DNA of 64,000 nt, from the NCBI GenBank assembly GCA_000004985.1, contig GG738870.1, one strand, 5' to 3'. Within the stretch, counting starts at the first letter, position 1, and each line of letters opens with the position of its first letter. The stretch comes from Naegleria gruberi (Eukaryota). Below are positions 63,213 through 64,000 of this stretch, one piece after another. The position numbers and the translations under genes are program-made. The notes beneath the pieces were generated by a model. The model was not told the DNA's origin and did not search any database. It worked only from the letters and a program-made list of their open reading frames with translations.

Positions 63213-64000
63213 TTAAAAATCATCTTCGTCCTCATCTTCTTCCTCCTCGTCCTCATCCTCATTATCCTCATCATCCTCATCTTCATATCCATGAATATAA
63301 GTGTCAAAATCAACAAAGTCTCTTCGTCTTGATACTCCTGGCTGATAATCAGACAAATTCACATATCCTTCATTCATTCTTACAGTTGCCTTATTTTGCA
63401 CCATTCCAAGTTGTGGAGCTCTGCAAACAGGACAAGGGAATTTAGAATTATGCGATTTCCACATGTTCAAACATTCGTTGTGAATGTTATTTCCACAAAC
63501 TCTACAGAATTTTGCTGATTTCTGTTCAGCTCCATTAAAACATTCATAACAAATTGGACAATGTGTTTCATCATCAAATGGTCGTCTCTTTTTTTCATCA
63601 GATTTGTCTTCATCATCGTCATTTTCTCCCTTCTCAAAAACTTTGTAAGTTTTTACAACACGTTCATCAGCAGTAGACATGATAGCAGGAGCATGTTCAA
63701 ATATTTGTCTCAATTCAGAAGAAAGAAGAGCATTTTGATAAATCAAATTAGATTTTGGATCAACACGAAGAACTTTCAAGTAAACAAATAGCTATGTCGT
63801 GGACACTTAGTTGACCAAAACTCAAAAATCATTTAAAAACTTACAATATGTTTACACAAATAGCCACCTGCAAAATCAGGGCATGAACAATTTGGTTCCT
63901 TACAAATATTTACAGTGTAAACATTACCAGTAGATCCAAGAACCAAGAATTTTTCCGATAATTCTGTTTTATCCTTTCTCTCAATCAGAAACAATCTAAT
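63213..64000 (-). CDS. SWIM zinc-finger plus RING-finger protein (ZSWIM2-like E3 ligase architecture). The 5' end lies beyond the window.
   Basis: The upstream exon (63845..64000, partial) reads ...NICKEPNCSCPDFAGGYLCKHI (SWIM CxCxnCxH). GTAAGT donor at 63844 and acceptor ...gacatag at 63792, phase 0. The downstream exon has RING HCPICYECF...CRVCGNNIHNEC...CPVCR and an acidic tail. Confidence 0.55.

Noticed and set aside
1-64000. Prokaryotic-style features (CRISPR arrays, operons, rho-independent terminators, Shine-Dalgarno sites).
   Set aside because: The sequence is clearly eukaryotic nuclear DNA (spliceosomal introns, Pol III tRNA genes with T-run terminators, monocistronic genes with A-rich Kozak contexts). 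No direct-repeat/spacer arrays are present.

Overview
This 64 kb window is nuclear DNA from an AT-rich eukaryote whose gene structure matches dictyostelid social amoebae. The evidence for that assignment is short AT-rich GTAAGT...AG introns of about 40-115 nt, AAAAATG start contexts, almost universal TAA stops, and Asn/Gln/Ser homopolymer tracts in proteins. It is not prokaryotic and contains no CRISPR array or operon.

The region is gene dense: about 40 protein-coding genes on both strands, 4 tRNA genes, and one 365-nt run of N (an assembly gap). The supplied ORF track accepts non-ATG starts and does not handle introns, so I corrected several gene models by hand.

Protein-coding genes recognised:
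- a partial TTBK/CK1-family kinase at the left edge
- two LCAT/LPLA2-type lipases
- a DUF4116-repeat protein plus a disrupted second copy
- three F-box/LRR-type genes
- a SAM methyltransferase
- V-ATPase subunit D
- a LOG-family hydrolase
- a stand-alone EF1-gamma C-terminal-domain protein
- Tim17
- a 1.5-kaa coiled-coil protein
- an OGFr-like protein
- an atypical protein kinase
- a 2347-aa fusion of a Dicer-like DExH helicase and a cellular RNA-dependent RNA polymerase
- two RGS-domain proteins
- a divergent importin-alpha-like ARM protein
- an HTD2/MaoC dehydratase
- an SDR
- a DOMON-domain GPI-anchored protein
- a WD40 protein
- a secreted ML-domain lipid-binding protein
- a SWIM+RING protein that runs off the right edge

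The tRNA genes are Arg(TCT), Lys(CTT) and two identical copies of His(GTG).

Most worth a second look:
- An in-frame TAG interrupts the conserved C-terminus of V-ATPase subunit D.
- A decayed mosaic pseudogene copy of the upstream LCAT gene lies about 4.5 kb downstream of its parent.
- Two inverted paralogues share a ~230-bp near-identical 5' tract (gene-conversion signature). They bracket a WD40 gene, an ML-domain gene and a three-exon Exo5/Cas4-type nuclease with a four-cysteine iron-sulfur motif.
- An actin-related gene is broken by two frameshifts.
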